Positions 52,523 through 60,235 of a stretch of 64,000 nucleotides of DNA are shown one piece after another. Under the pieces are notes generated by a model. The model was not told the origin of the DNA and searched no databases. It saw only the letters and a list, made by a program, of their open reading frames with translations. The translations under genes were made by a program, and so were the position numbers. This DNA comes from a virus: positions 1-64,000 of the IMG/VR virus record IMGVR_UViG_3300009174_000002. One strand, written 5' to 3'. Each line of letters begins with the position of its first letter. Position 1 is the stretch's first letter.

Positions 52523-55306
52523 TTATTGCGTAAAGTTTGTACTACCGTTTTGAAGTACAAAGTCCACGATTATGCGTTCAATTGGGTATAAAGGCACTAT
52601 TATAATTCTTCCATACAATGTAGTTGGATCATTCAATTCTGGTCTATCTACAATTTCAACTTTATAGGTATCAATTCCATTTAATTTTTTGATTCTATCA
52701 AAAATAGGAGTGACAGTCTGTATAAATGCAGTTTGTGATAACTGACCATTTAATTGGAATAATAGAGGACGTAAAGTCTGATTCAAAACTTTTTTAGCAT
52801 AACATAATAATAATCTATTATGAACAAAAGAAAGAGCACTTAAATAAGGTTGTGTAGTTCTTTCCTCGGTTATTTCATATCCACTTCCAGGAAATGTAGT
52901 AATAGGATTAATATTGGCTAATTTCAAAGCATCTCTATCACCTATTACTAAACGTCTTCTACTTCTAATTAAATTATTAGTCACAGTTCTAACTGGACCA
53001 GCAGGCGGTTGCCAAACATTTTCAACATTGGCAGTATAAGCAATAGTACCTAAAGCCAATATTGAAGGTGGAAGCCATACATATTGATTATTTATTGTAT
53101 CATTGATTTGTAACCATGGAAAATAAACTGCTGTATCGCTGTTTAATAAATCTCCACTTGAAGTTTGAATATAATTAACAGCAGTAGTTGTGTCAGCCAA
53201 AGGATCATAAGAAAAATCTGGAATATATAGTGCATCTCCCCTTCCTCTAACCATATCCGCAACAACTCCACAAGCTGCGGGATGTGTATCTAAAAAGAAA
53301 TCTGGAGTAACCATTACTGTAAAATCAGCGTCTAAAGATTCTTTATCTGCTAAAATAGCAACTGCTGTTTGTAAAGCTAAATAATCTTTAGAACTTGTGT
53401 TATTCCAATCTCTTGTCTTATATACATTCCAACCATCAAATCCGCCTGAAAAGTCAACTACAAATTTTTGTCTTTGAATTTTTAAAGTGGCTGTTAGAGG
53501 ATTTCCGTTTGCATCGGTATAAATACTTTGATTTGCAAAAGTAAATACTGCGGATTGGTCAGTAGTAAAAGTAGTATTGTTATTAGGATTTAAATGAAAT
53601 CCTAATCCAAATTGAGCAACAGATCTTTTATAAGCTAATTGATCAATTGCTACGGATTTTACCATATTAATAGAATTATTAGCTAATCCTAAATTTTGTT
53701 TTGCTATGGATTTAGTTTTATCATATTCTGTTGCCCAGGTTACATCAGGAAATAAATTCAAAGTAGTATTAGGATAACCTAAACATCCAAAAGGAACAAG
53801 TCCTACTAAATCTTCCGCATCATTTGTTTCAACAAAAACAAATCTACTATTTAAAGGAAAATTATCTCCATCTCCAATTCTTTTCTTAATATAATTATTT
53901 GAAGTTTTATCAAATGTTAAATTAATATACGCTTCAAGAATTATTGGATTTTGATCATCTTGGTCATCCCATCTTCTAACATATAAATCAAATGTTCCTG
54001 CTCCATTATTTGCTCCAGGATTAATATTTCTTATCTCAATTTTAATTTCAGTATTAGCCGATTTTCCATCTGAAATAGACCATAACCTAAATAATTTAGT
54101 ATAATCACCATTTGCGTCTCCATCGCTTACAAACCAAGGAGTGTAAGGGGTTTGAAATCCTAAATTAGAGAAATTTAAAATTTCAGATTCCCAAGTAGGT
54201 AAACTATAATGAGATACCAAAGGACTATTAACCCCACTAAAAGTAGTAGTTCCTGAAATTACTAATGGAGCTCCAGGTGAGCCTCCAGATTGATTTAAAA
54301 TCCTGAAGGTAGTAGAACCTGAACCAAATGAAATATTATCTGCCATCCAAGTTCCATTGACTTGGGCAATATTTCCTGTTCCACTTACATCTGTAATTTT
54401 TATTACAGTATTAGTATTTAACCATCCTGTAATATCTCCAGATGCAGTTATAGTCACATCAGTAAGCGTTGTTACTACGTTTGTAATAGCTGCATTTTGA
54501 AGAGTAATTCCAGTTCCAAATAACATATTTCCTGTTAAAATAGGCAAAGTACTTTGTGGGGTATTACTTCCAGGTGCATAATATGCTAAAGTACTAGTTA
54601 AAGTAGGTTTAAATTGAACAGAGGGAATTACAAAATCAACCCATAGAGTACCAAACTGTCCTTTAATTGTAGTTGGATTTAAAGGATCAGTTCCAAAAGT
54701 GTTTTTAATATATTGACCACTATCTGGACGTAAAGAACAAATTACAAGTTCATTTGTTGAATCTGCATAAAAAATTCTTACACCAAATAGATAATCTGTA
54801 GCTGCGGTAGTAGTTAAATTTGTTGAGGGATCAGTATAGGTTACAGTTTCAACAGAAACCGATGTTACCGCTGGTCTTCCAGTTGTTGTAGTTGGTCTAG
54901 CTTTTAATACTACTGCCAAACATCCATTTCCTACTACCAATGTTGATGTACCAGGAACAGCTGCGGCAGATCCATTCGCATTATATACAATAGCATATCC
55001 TACAGTATCAGTATATCCTTCTAAACCTAAAATTCTAACTTCTTTCCAATTTGTTGCTTGTTCCAAGTATTGTCTTGCATAATAACTAGAAGGAAAATTA
55101 GGATTTAAATCGCCTAGTCTAAAAGCTCTATCTTCAAATGTAGAAGTGCTAGATATTTGAAAGGCAGGACCTTTTTCAGTTAAACCTATCATAGCTCCAC
55201 TAAATCCTCCAACTGCTCTTGTAATTACAGTTAAATCAACTTCTCTAAAATATATTCCAGAACTCGGATTTGGAACCTGACTAACATCCGTTATACGTAC
55301 AGCCAT
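52523..55306 (-). CDS. Contractile tail sheath protein (T4 gp18-like)
   Basis: GIYFREVDLT, GLTEKGPAF, AVYFPWL, WQPPAG, NINPITTFPG..RT..SALSFVHNRLLL and ERIIVDF motifs. Confidence 0.9.
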   Translation of the reverse strand: MAVRITDVSQVPNPSSGIYFREVDLTVITRAVGGFSGAMIGLTEKGPAFQISSTSTFEDRAFRLGDLNPNFPSSYYARQYLEQATNWKEVRILGLEGYTDTVGYAIVYNANGSAAAVPGTSTLVVGNGCLAVVLKARPTTTTGRPAVTSVSVETVTYTDPSTNLTTTAATDYLFGVRIFYADSTNELVICSLRPDSGQYIKNTFGTDPLNPTTIKGQFGTLWVDFVIPSVQFKPTLTSTLAYYAPGSNTPQSTLPILTGNMLFGTGITLQNAAITNVVTTLTDVTITASGDITGWLNTNTVIKITDVSGTGNIAQVNGTWMADNISFGSGSTTFRILNQSGGSPGAPLVISGTTTFSGVNSPLVSHYSLPTWESEILNFSNLGFQTPYTPWFVSDGDANGDYTKLFRLWSISDGKSANTEIKIEIRNINPGANNGAGTFDLYVRRWDDQDDQNPIILEAYINLTFDKTSNNYIKKRIGDGDNFPLNSRFVFVETNDAEDLVGLVPFGCLGYPNTTLNLFPDVTWATEYDKTKSIAKQNLGLANNSINMVKSVAIDQLAYKRSVAQFGLGFHLNPNNNTTFTTDQSAVFTFANQSIYTDANGNPLTATLKIQRQKFVVDFSGGFDGWNVYKTRDWNNTSSKDYLALQTAVAILADKESLDADFTVMVTPDFFLDTHPAACGVVADMVRGRGDALYIPDFSYDPLADTTTAVNYIQTSSGDLLNSDTAVYFPWLQINDTINNQYVWLPPSILALGTIAYTANVENVWQPPAGPVRTVTNNLIRSRRRLVIGDRDALKLANINPITTFPGSGYEITEERTTQPYLSALSFVHNRLLLCYAKKVLNQTLRPLLFQLNGQLSQTAFIQTVTPIFDRIKKLNGIDTYKVEIVDRPELNDPTTLYGRIIIVPLYPIERIIVDFVLQNGSTNFTQ

Positions 55307-55401
55307 TATTTATCTAATATTTAAAGTTTTATAAAATCTCAAATGATTTTTTCTTTAAATATTGAAGAGAAATAAAATAACTTAACTGTAGTTATAAAAT
55401 A

Positions 55402-55656
55402 CTAAGCTATTTTCTGTACTTCATAGAAGGGTTTGATAGAACTATGTAAAAAACTACCTACTGATGGAGCTTCTAAAAATTCTTGATATACATTTAGAGG
55501 TACACCACTATATTCATACATACCACCATTCTTAAAAGTAATAGTAAGAACTTCGGTTTCATCGTCATATTCTGCATTAATTATATTAGAAGAAACTACT
55601 GGATTATTATGTATTTCTTCATTTAATATTTTTTTTATAGTTTCGTTTAGATTCAT
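55402..55656 (-). CDS. KTSC-domain protein with IKKILNE leader
   Basis: SSNIINAEYD..LTITFKNGGMYEYSGVP..FLEAPSVGSF. Confidence 0.85.
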   Translation of the reverse strand: MNLNETIKKILNEEIHNNPVVSSNIINAEYDDETEVLTITFKNGGMYEYSGVPLNVYQEFLEAPSVGSFLHSSIKPFYEVQKIA

Positions 55657-55661
55657 TTATT

Positions 55662-56180
55662 TTATTTTAATTCCAAATATTGTATAAGGTTTGATTCAGG
55701 ATCTTGTACCCATTCGGCAATTCCTTCAATTATTTCTTCTATGGTCCCCCACTCTTCCATATCAACATATGGAGTATAATTAATGAAAGATTCAGGATCA
55801 TCTTCTCTATCAGCTCTATCATCTTCAGTTATAGGAGTTTCCCAAAAATAATTGCCCTTTATTGTAAATGAACATACAAATGCACTATTTCCATTATTTG
55901 GTTTTTTACCTAATAAATCTCTATTTCCAAATTCAAAAGTAGCTTTTAAATCATGTTTTAGAGGAATTATTATTTTTTTTATCATATATGGTTTATCCCC
56001 CATTTCGATATCAGTATCAATCATAAACTTATATATTTTTTGTAATACAGGATTTTGTAAAATCTTTTTAAGTTGAATATTTTTATCCTCAATCCTTTTT
56101 TTTATTTTTCGAGGTTTGAACAAATTTTCATCTTTGTTAGATTTTTTTAACATAAATAATATTTTTTTACTTAAATTCAT
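55662..56180 (-). CDS. FKPRR-tag family protein
   Basis: MNLSKKILFMLKKSNKDENLFKPRKIKKR. Confidence 0.75.
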   Translation of the reverse strand: MNLSKKILFMLKKSNKDENLFKPRKIKKRIEDKNIQLKKILQNPVLQKIYKFMIDTDIEMGDKPYMIKKIIIPLKHDLKATFEFGNRDLLGKKPNNGNSAFVCSFTIKGNYFWETPITEDDRADREDDPESFINYTPYVDMEEWGTIEEIIEGIAEWVQDPESNLIQYLELK

Positions 56181-56285
56181 CTATTTGTTTTTATCTTATT
56201 ACCTAATTTAAATATTATTTTTTATTTGAAAAAGAAATATTATTTTTATAATATATAAACGAAATCTAAGAATAAATCAATTTAC

Positions 56286-56314
56286 AAAAGGAATGTTTCT
56301 ACATTCCTTTTTTT
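56286..56314. terminator. Hairpin/terminator in divergent intergenic region
   Basis: AAAAGGAATGT/ACATTCCTTTT inverted repeat. Confidence 0.55.
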
Positions 56315-56327
56315 ATCTTTGTACTTA

Positions 56328-56354
56328 AAGTTTACTTAAGGATAATTAATTTCA
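56328..56354 (+). promoter_or_regulatory. Putative early promoter
   Basis: GTTTAC at 56330 and TAATTTCA at 56347. Confidence 0.5.
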
Positions 56355-56371
56355 TTCATAAATTAAAATTT

Positions 56372-56725
56372 ATGAAATATAAGTCTTTTGATTGCCATTT
56401 TGCTGCTTTTTCCACTGAAGAAAATACTCCAATACATAAAATTTCAGTTCCAGAAAATAAATTAACAGGCGAAATAGATAAGGATTTAGAGGTAATTTTT
56501 ACCTATGGGCAAAATGATTTTAAACCCATTTCGGAAAGAAAAAAGGTGAGAAGTTTATCTAGTGGAGATATAATTGATTATCAAGGAGTTCTATACTTTA
56601 TAGATGATTTTGGCTTTGTAAAAGAAGGCGAACAAGTGGAAAAAGGAATGTCTGTTTTATTCCTAAAGGACTCAAAATCAAAGGTTTTACATGAAAAATT
56701 TCCATCTATTTTTAATACAAAATAG
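56372..56725 (+). CDS. YodL-like domain protein
   Basis: RSLSSGDII..YFIDDFGF. Confidence 0.6.
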   Translation: MKYKSFDCHFAAFSTEENTPIHKISVPENKLTGEIDKDLEVIFTYGQNDFKPISERKKVRSLSSGDIIDYQGVLYFIDDFGFVKEGEQVEKGMSVLFLKDSKSKVLHEKFPSIFNTK

Positions 56726-56739
56726 CCTTAAAAGTAAAT

Positions 56740-56766
56740 AAGTTTACTTAAGGCTATATATCTTTA
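56740..56766 (+). promoter_or_regulatory. Putative early promoter overlapping an inverted repeat
   Basis: GTTTAC at 56742 and TATCTTTA at 56759. Confidence 0.55.
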
Positions 56767-56786
56767 TGGTATAAAAATAAACAAAA

Positions 56787-57038
56787 ATGGCAACTTTAAA
56801 TCTTAAATTGGTAGATATAAAAAATAAAACTTCAGAAAAATCTTGGAAAAAAGCCATTGATCTTAAAAAACAATATGTAGTTATATCTACTGGACTCGAT
56901 GATGAAGAAGAACCATTTACTCAATTACTTACAGGTAAGGAGGTTTTATTAGAATACTGGCCACCAAATGCCGATCCTATAGAGGATGAAGAAGAGTTGG
57001 GTTGGTTTGAAATTTATGAAGTAGTTATTGAAAATTAA
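56787..57038 (+). CDS. Hypothetical protein
   Basis: Early-region ORF. Confidence 0.55.
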   Translation: MATLNLKLVDIKNKTSEKSWKKAIDLKKQYVVISTGLDDEEEPFTQLLTGKEVLLEYWPPNADPIEDEEELGWFEIYEVVIEN

Positions 57039-57043
57039 AAAAT

Positions 57044-57562
57044 ATGCAACTCGAATTAAAAAAAATAAAAATTTCAAAAGGTTTAAGCCATGAAACAATT
57101 GCATTCACAGGTGAATTGTGGGTAAATGGTGAAAAGGCAGCACTAGTAGAGAATAGTGGTACAGGCGGTCCCAATAGGGTATATCCTTTTCCTTCCAGTG
57201 ATGAAAATAAATTTAAACTGGTAAAAGAGGCAGATGAATATTGCAAAACACTTCCTCCTGTACCTTCAGGTGAAGATGATGATAATTTGCCTATGGATTT
57301 GGAATTTTGGATAAGTCTGGAAGTGGGGAAAATTGAACAACTAAAGGCAGTTGAAAAACATAGTAAAAAAGGCATTGTAATAGGCAACCCTAACAATCTT
57401 ATTCAATATAGGATTCTTAAATTACCTGGTAAAATAGAAGAAATTCTTCGACAACCAAATGGAATGGGATATCTTGAAAAGGCTATTGTTATGGCTAGAG
57501 AAAAATTAAAACCTGGAGAAGAAATTCTCAATAAAAATATTCCTGAAGGTTTATTAAAATAA
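57044..57562 (+). CDS. Conserved hypothetical phage protein
   Basis: LSHETIAFTGELWVNG..VENSGTGG. Confidence 0.6.
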   Translation: MQLELKKIKISKGLSHETIAFTGELWVNGEKAALVENSGTGGPNRVYPFPSSDENKFKLVKEADEYCKTLPPVPSGEDDDNLPMDLEFWISLEVGKIEQLKAVEKHSKKGIVIGNPNNLIQYRILKLPGKIEEILRQPNGMGYLEKAIVMAREKLKPGEEILNKNIPEGLLK

Positions 57563-57570
57563 AAAAAAGT

Positions 57571-57825
57571 ATGTCAAACCCTAATACATTTGGCGTAGAA
57601 TGGAAAGAAATACATGAACGCCAATCAAAAGTAAATATAGATGGAGAATTACTCTTAGTAAAGCATAATGTCTTAACTAATACATATTCTGCAATTTATA
57701 TTTGTGGTGAAGATGAGGAAGTAGTAAATTATGAATTTGAAGATTTGAGCGAAATTGATTTACAAGAAATTATAAAAAAAGGATTGGGTTACTTTAAACT
57801 ACACGCCAATAGGTGGGTTTGTTAA
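57571..57825 (+). CDS. Hypothetical protein
   Basis: Early-region ORF. Confidence 0.5.
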   Translation: MSNPNTFGVEWKEIHERQSKVNIDGELLLVKHNVLTNTYSAIYICGEDEEVVNYEFEDLSEIDLQEIIKKGLGYFKLHANRWVC

Positions 57826-57850
57826 AAATTTATCTAAAAAGAAATTTAAA

Positions 57851-58456
57851 ATGAAAAATTCAGAGAATCCACAAATATTATCCAATCTAAATAAAGGTTT
57901 GTGGGATATTATGATTGCCGATGAAAGAATACTCAATCATTTATCTTATGAACAAATGAAAGAACTGGTAGATTTATATCAAAATTCTATTCCAGAAAAA
58001 GTAAAAACTGAAATAGATAAAATGGAATTGGAATTATTATTGCCAGCGGAAGTGACAGTGAAGGTAACTACTAAAAAGAAAGGTAAAGTATTAATTACAG
58101 ATTTTTATCACAAAGATTTAAAAGATAAAATATTGCCTATTCATAGCGAATTACATGAGTATATTCATTATAAGCAATTAATATCTTTTAGGCTTTATCA
58201 AAATGAAAATATTCTCAGATATTGGGATAATGGAGTTCCTAAGAAAATTTGTTGTGAAGCGATGAGAGGACAATTTACTTTTTGTTCTGAACATGGTTTA
58301 AATTGCCCAGATTATTTTATAAGATGCAGACCTACTGGAGAATTTCAAATAAATGCCGATAATCGTACCTATGCTATATCTAATTGTCCATTCTGTGGAA
58401 AATCTGTTAATCAAGAAAAAGAACAAAGACAAGGTTTTGTAATTAATTTAATTTAA
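57851..58456 (+). CDS. Hypothetical protein with C-terminal Zn-finger-like Cys cluster
   Basis: CCEAM..CSEH..CPD..CPFCG. Confidence 0.55.
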   Translation: MKNSENPQILSNLNKGLWDIMIADERILNHLSYEQMKELVDLYQNSIPEKVKTEIDKMELELLLPAEVTVKVTTKKKGKVLITDFYHKDLKDKILPIHSELHEYIHYKQLISFRLYQNENILRYWDNGVPKKICCEAMRGQFTFCSEHGLNCPDYFIRCRPTGEFQINADNRTYAISNCPFCGKSVNQEKEQRQGFVINLI

Positions 58457-58468
58457 ATAAATAAGTTT

Positions 58469-58903
58469 ATGCGCACTATAAAATGTATACCTATTTCACT
58501 TCCTTCTATTGATAATTCAAACGAATTTGACATACATTTGATAGCAATTGATGATATTTGGAAAGGAAAATGGGCCTATGATACACAAGAAAAAATATTA
58601 TTTCAAGCAATTGGGAATTTTAAAGCTAATCCTACTGGTACTTATAGAAAAGTAATTGCTAGTACAAACCCTAAGTTAGAAAAAGTATTTACTATTTCTG
58701 TAGAAAATATAGAAAAACTTCAAAAAGAATTAGGAAAAGAAATTGAAGTTGAGATTAAAGTTAGTAGTCCTTGTACTTGTGATACCGCTGAAAAATTATT
58801 TAAATGTCCATTTGCCTGCTCTGGAAATGATGGAGATATAGAATGTAATAGAAGATGGCCAGGAGGAGATTTTTGGAAAAAAGAAATTTTGATTAAAGCT
58901 TAA
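58469..58903 (+). CDS. Hypothetical protein, paralog of 6284-6946
   Basis: HLIAIDD..W..KVIASTN. Confidence 0.55.
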   Translation: MRTIKCIPISLPSIDNSNEFDIHLIAIDDIWKGKWAYDTQEKILFQAIGNFKANPTGTYRKVIASTNPKLEKVFTISVENIEKLQKELGKEIEVEIKVSSPCTCDTAEKLFKCPFACSGNDGDIECNRRWPGGDFWKKEILIKA

Positions 58904-58913
58904 ATTTAAAAAT

Positions 58914-59108
58914 ATGAAACTTCTAACCAAATTTAAAGAACAAGAAGTAGAACTAAATACACATATTGTAAATTGGAATAAGGAAAGTATAAATATACCT
59001 TTCAAATTCAAACGTTATCTTAGTTTGAATGTAAATATTGAAGAGGCAAAGGAATTGCGAGATCTTTTAACAAAATATTTAGCAAACTATGAAGAAAAAA
59101 ACTATTGA
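58914..59108 (+). CDS. Hypothetical protein
   Basis: Short ORF in operon. Confidence 0.45.
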   Translation: MKLLTKFKEQEVELNTHIVNWNKESINIPFKFKRYLSLNVNIEEAKELRDLLTKYLANYEEKNY

Positions 59109-59126
59109 TCCTTAAAATAAAAAAAC

Positions 59127-59699
59127 ATGCAAGGTACTATAATTTTAACTTCTATTGATCCAACTACAGTAAAAAAAGGGCAAGTTGTTATTTATCGTGT
59201 TGGTGGTATAAGAACTAAAGGAATAATTGAACAAGTAATTGATGAGAACCATGTTCACCTTTATGGTTTTAAATCTGGAAATAACCATGAAATACAAAGA
59301 GAATTGCAAACTCTAGCAATTCAATATAAAAAATATACAGTTCCTAATTCTACTGAAAGTTTAAGATTAGAGGAAGGTGAAAGTTATTTAGAAACCGTAC
59401 CCTTGATGTATGTCCAATGGGAAGAAATTCTTAAACGTGATTTAATTAATCGCAATATAGAATTTAAATTCAAATATCGAGTAAATAACGAATGGAAAGA
59501 AGTTTTACTTCCTAGCGAATGGTCAGAAGAAAATAAAAAAGTAGGTATTGTTATTTTTGAAAAAGGAACTAAAATAATATATACTGAGAATGAGGCACAA
59601 AAATTAGTTTTATCCGCCTGGCATGACGGATGGAATTCTTGCAATGAAAAAAGAGGAGATATGCCTGATAAGTTTTGGCTAGAAAATAAAAAAGTTTAA
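59127..59699 (+). CDS. Hypothetical protein
   Basis: Early-region ORF. Confidence 0.55.
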   Translation: MQGTIILTSIDPTTVKKGQVVIYRVGGIRTKGIIEQVIDENHVHLYGFKSGNNHEIQRELQTLAIQYKKYTVPNSTESLRLEEGESYLETVPLMYVQWEEILKRDLINRNIEFKFKYRVNNEWKEVLLPSEWSEENKKVGIVIFEKGTKIIYTENEAQKLVLSAWHDGWNSCNEKRGDMPDKFWLENKKV

Positions 59700-59720
59700 T
59701 TAATAAAAACTATTAAATAT

Positions 59721-59969
59721 ATGAATGGTATTACCTTTAGAGACAAAAGTTTAGTGTTAAAAAAAATTGCTGAATTTAAGAAAAATACTTTTTTTGATTT
59801 ATATAATCAATTAACCTCTGAACAACAAAGATTTTTTAGAATGATGTATTCTCACAAAAATCCTGAACTTTCTATTGAAGAAATTTACGATAAAATACCT
59901 CTGGAAAAAATAGACTGGGCTATTTATCAATGCGAAAATACAATAATTAAAAACAATAAACAACAATAA
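59721..59969 (+). CDS. Hypothetical protein
   Basis: Early-region ORF. Confidence 0.55.
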   Translation: MNGITFRDKSLVLKKIAEFKKNTFFDLYNQLTSEQQRFFRMMYSHKNPELSIEEIYDKIPLEKIDWAIYQCENTIIKNNKQQ

Positions 59970-59971
59970 AA

Positions 59972-60142
59972 ATGAAAATTAAAACAATTCTAGGCATTCT
60001 ATTATTAATTGCCTTTCTTTTTAGCTGTAGGAAAGAATTATCAGTAACCAAACCTACTCCAAGGCCCAAGGCTCCACCTTCTGATCAATTACCGTGGCAA
60101 GTATTAACAGGACATGCCACTACAATTATAGGCAATCCTTAA
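59972..60142 (+). CDS. Small lipoprotein (56 aa; not in the ORF track)
   Basis: MKIKTILGILLLIAFLFS-CRKELSVTKPTPRPKAPPSDQLPWQVLTGHATTIIGNP. Confidence 0.7.
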   Translation: MKIKTILGILLLIAFLFSCRKELSVTKPTPRPKAPPSDQLPWQVLTGHATTIIGNP

Positions 60143-60170
60143 TTCCTTTTAAAAAAATTAATCCCTATTG

Positions 60171-60218
60171 AAAACATAAAAAAAGGCTTAGTAATTAAAC
60201 TAAGCCTTTTGTTTTTTT
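60171..60218. terminator. Bidirectional terminator after major capsid gene
   Basis: AAAAGGCTTAGT/ACTAAGCCTTTT stem with T tracts on both strands. Confidence 0.8.
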
Positions 60219-60235
60219 ATTTAAACTCATATTGG

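Noticed and set aside
20242-56180. FKPRR repeats as a CRISPR array, attC-like cassette sites or DNA repeat element
   Set aside because: Copies are always in frame, dispersed, non-palindromic and vary at synonymous positions, so conservation is at the peptide level.
20242-56180. The RR in the tag as a Tat (twin-arginine) export signal
   Set aside because: There is no S/T-R-R-x-F-L-K order and no hydrophobic h-region follows.
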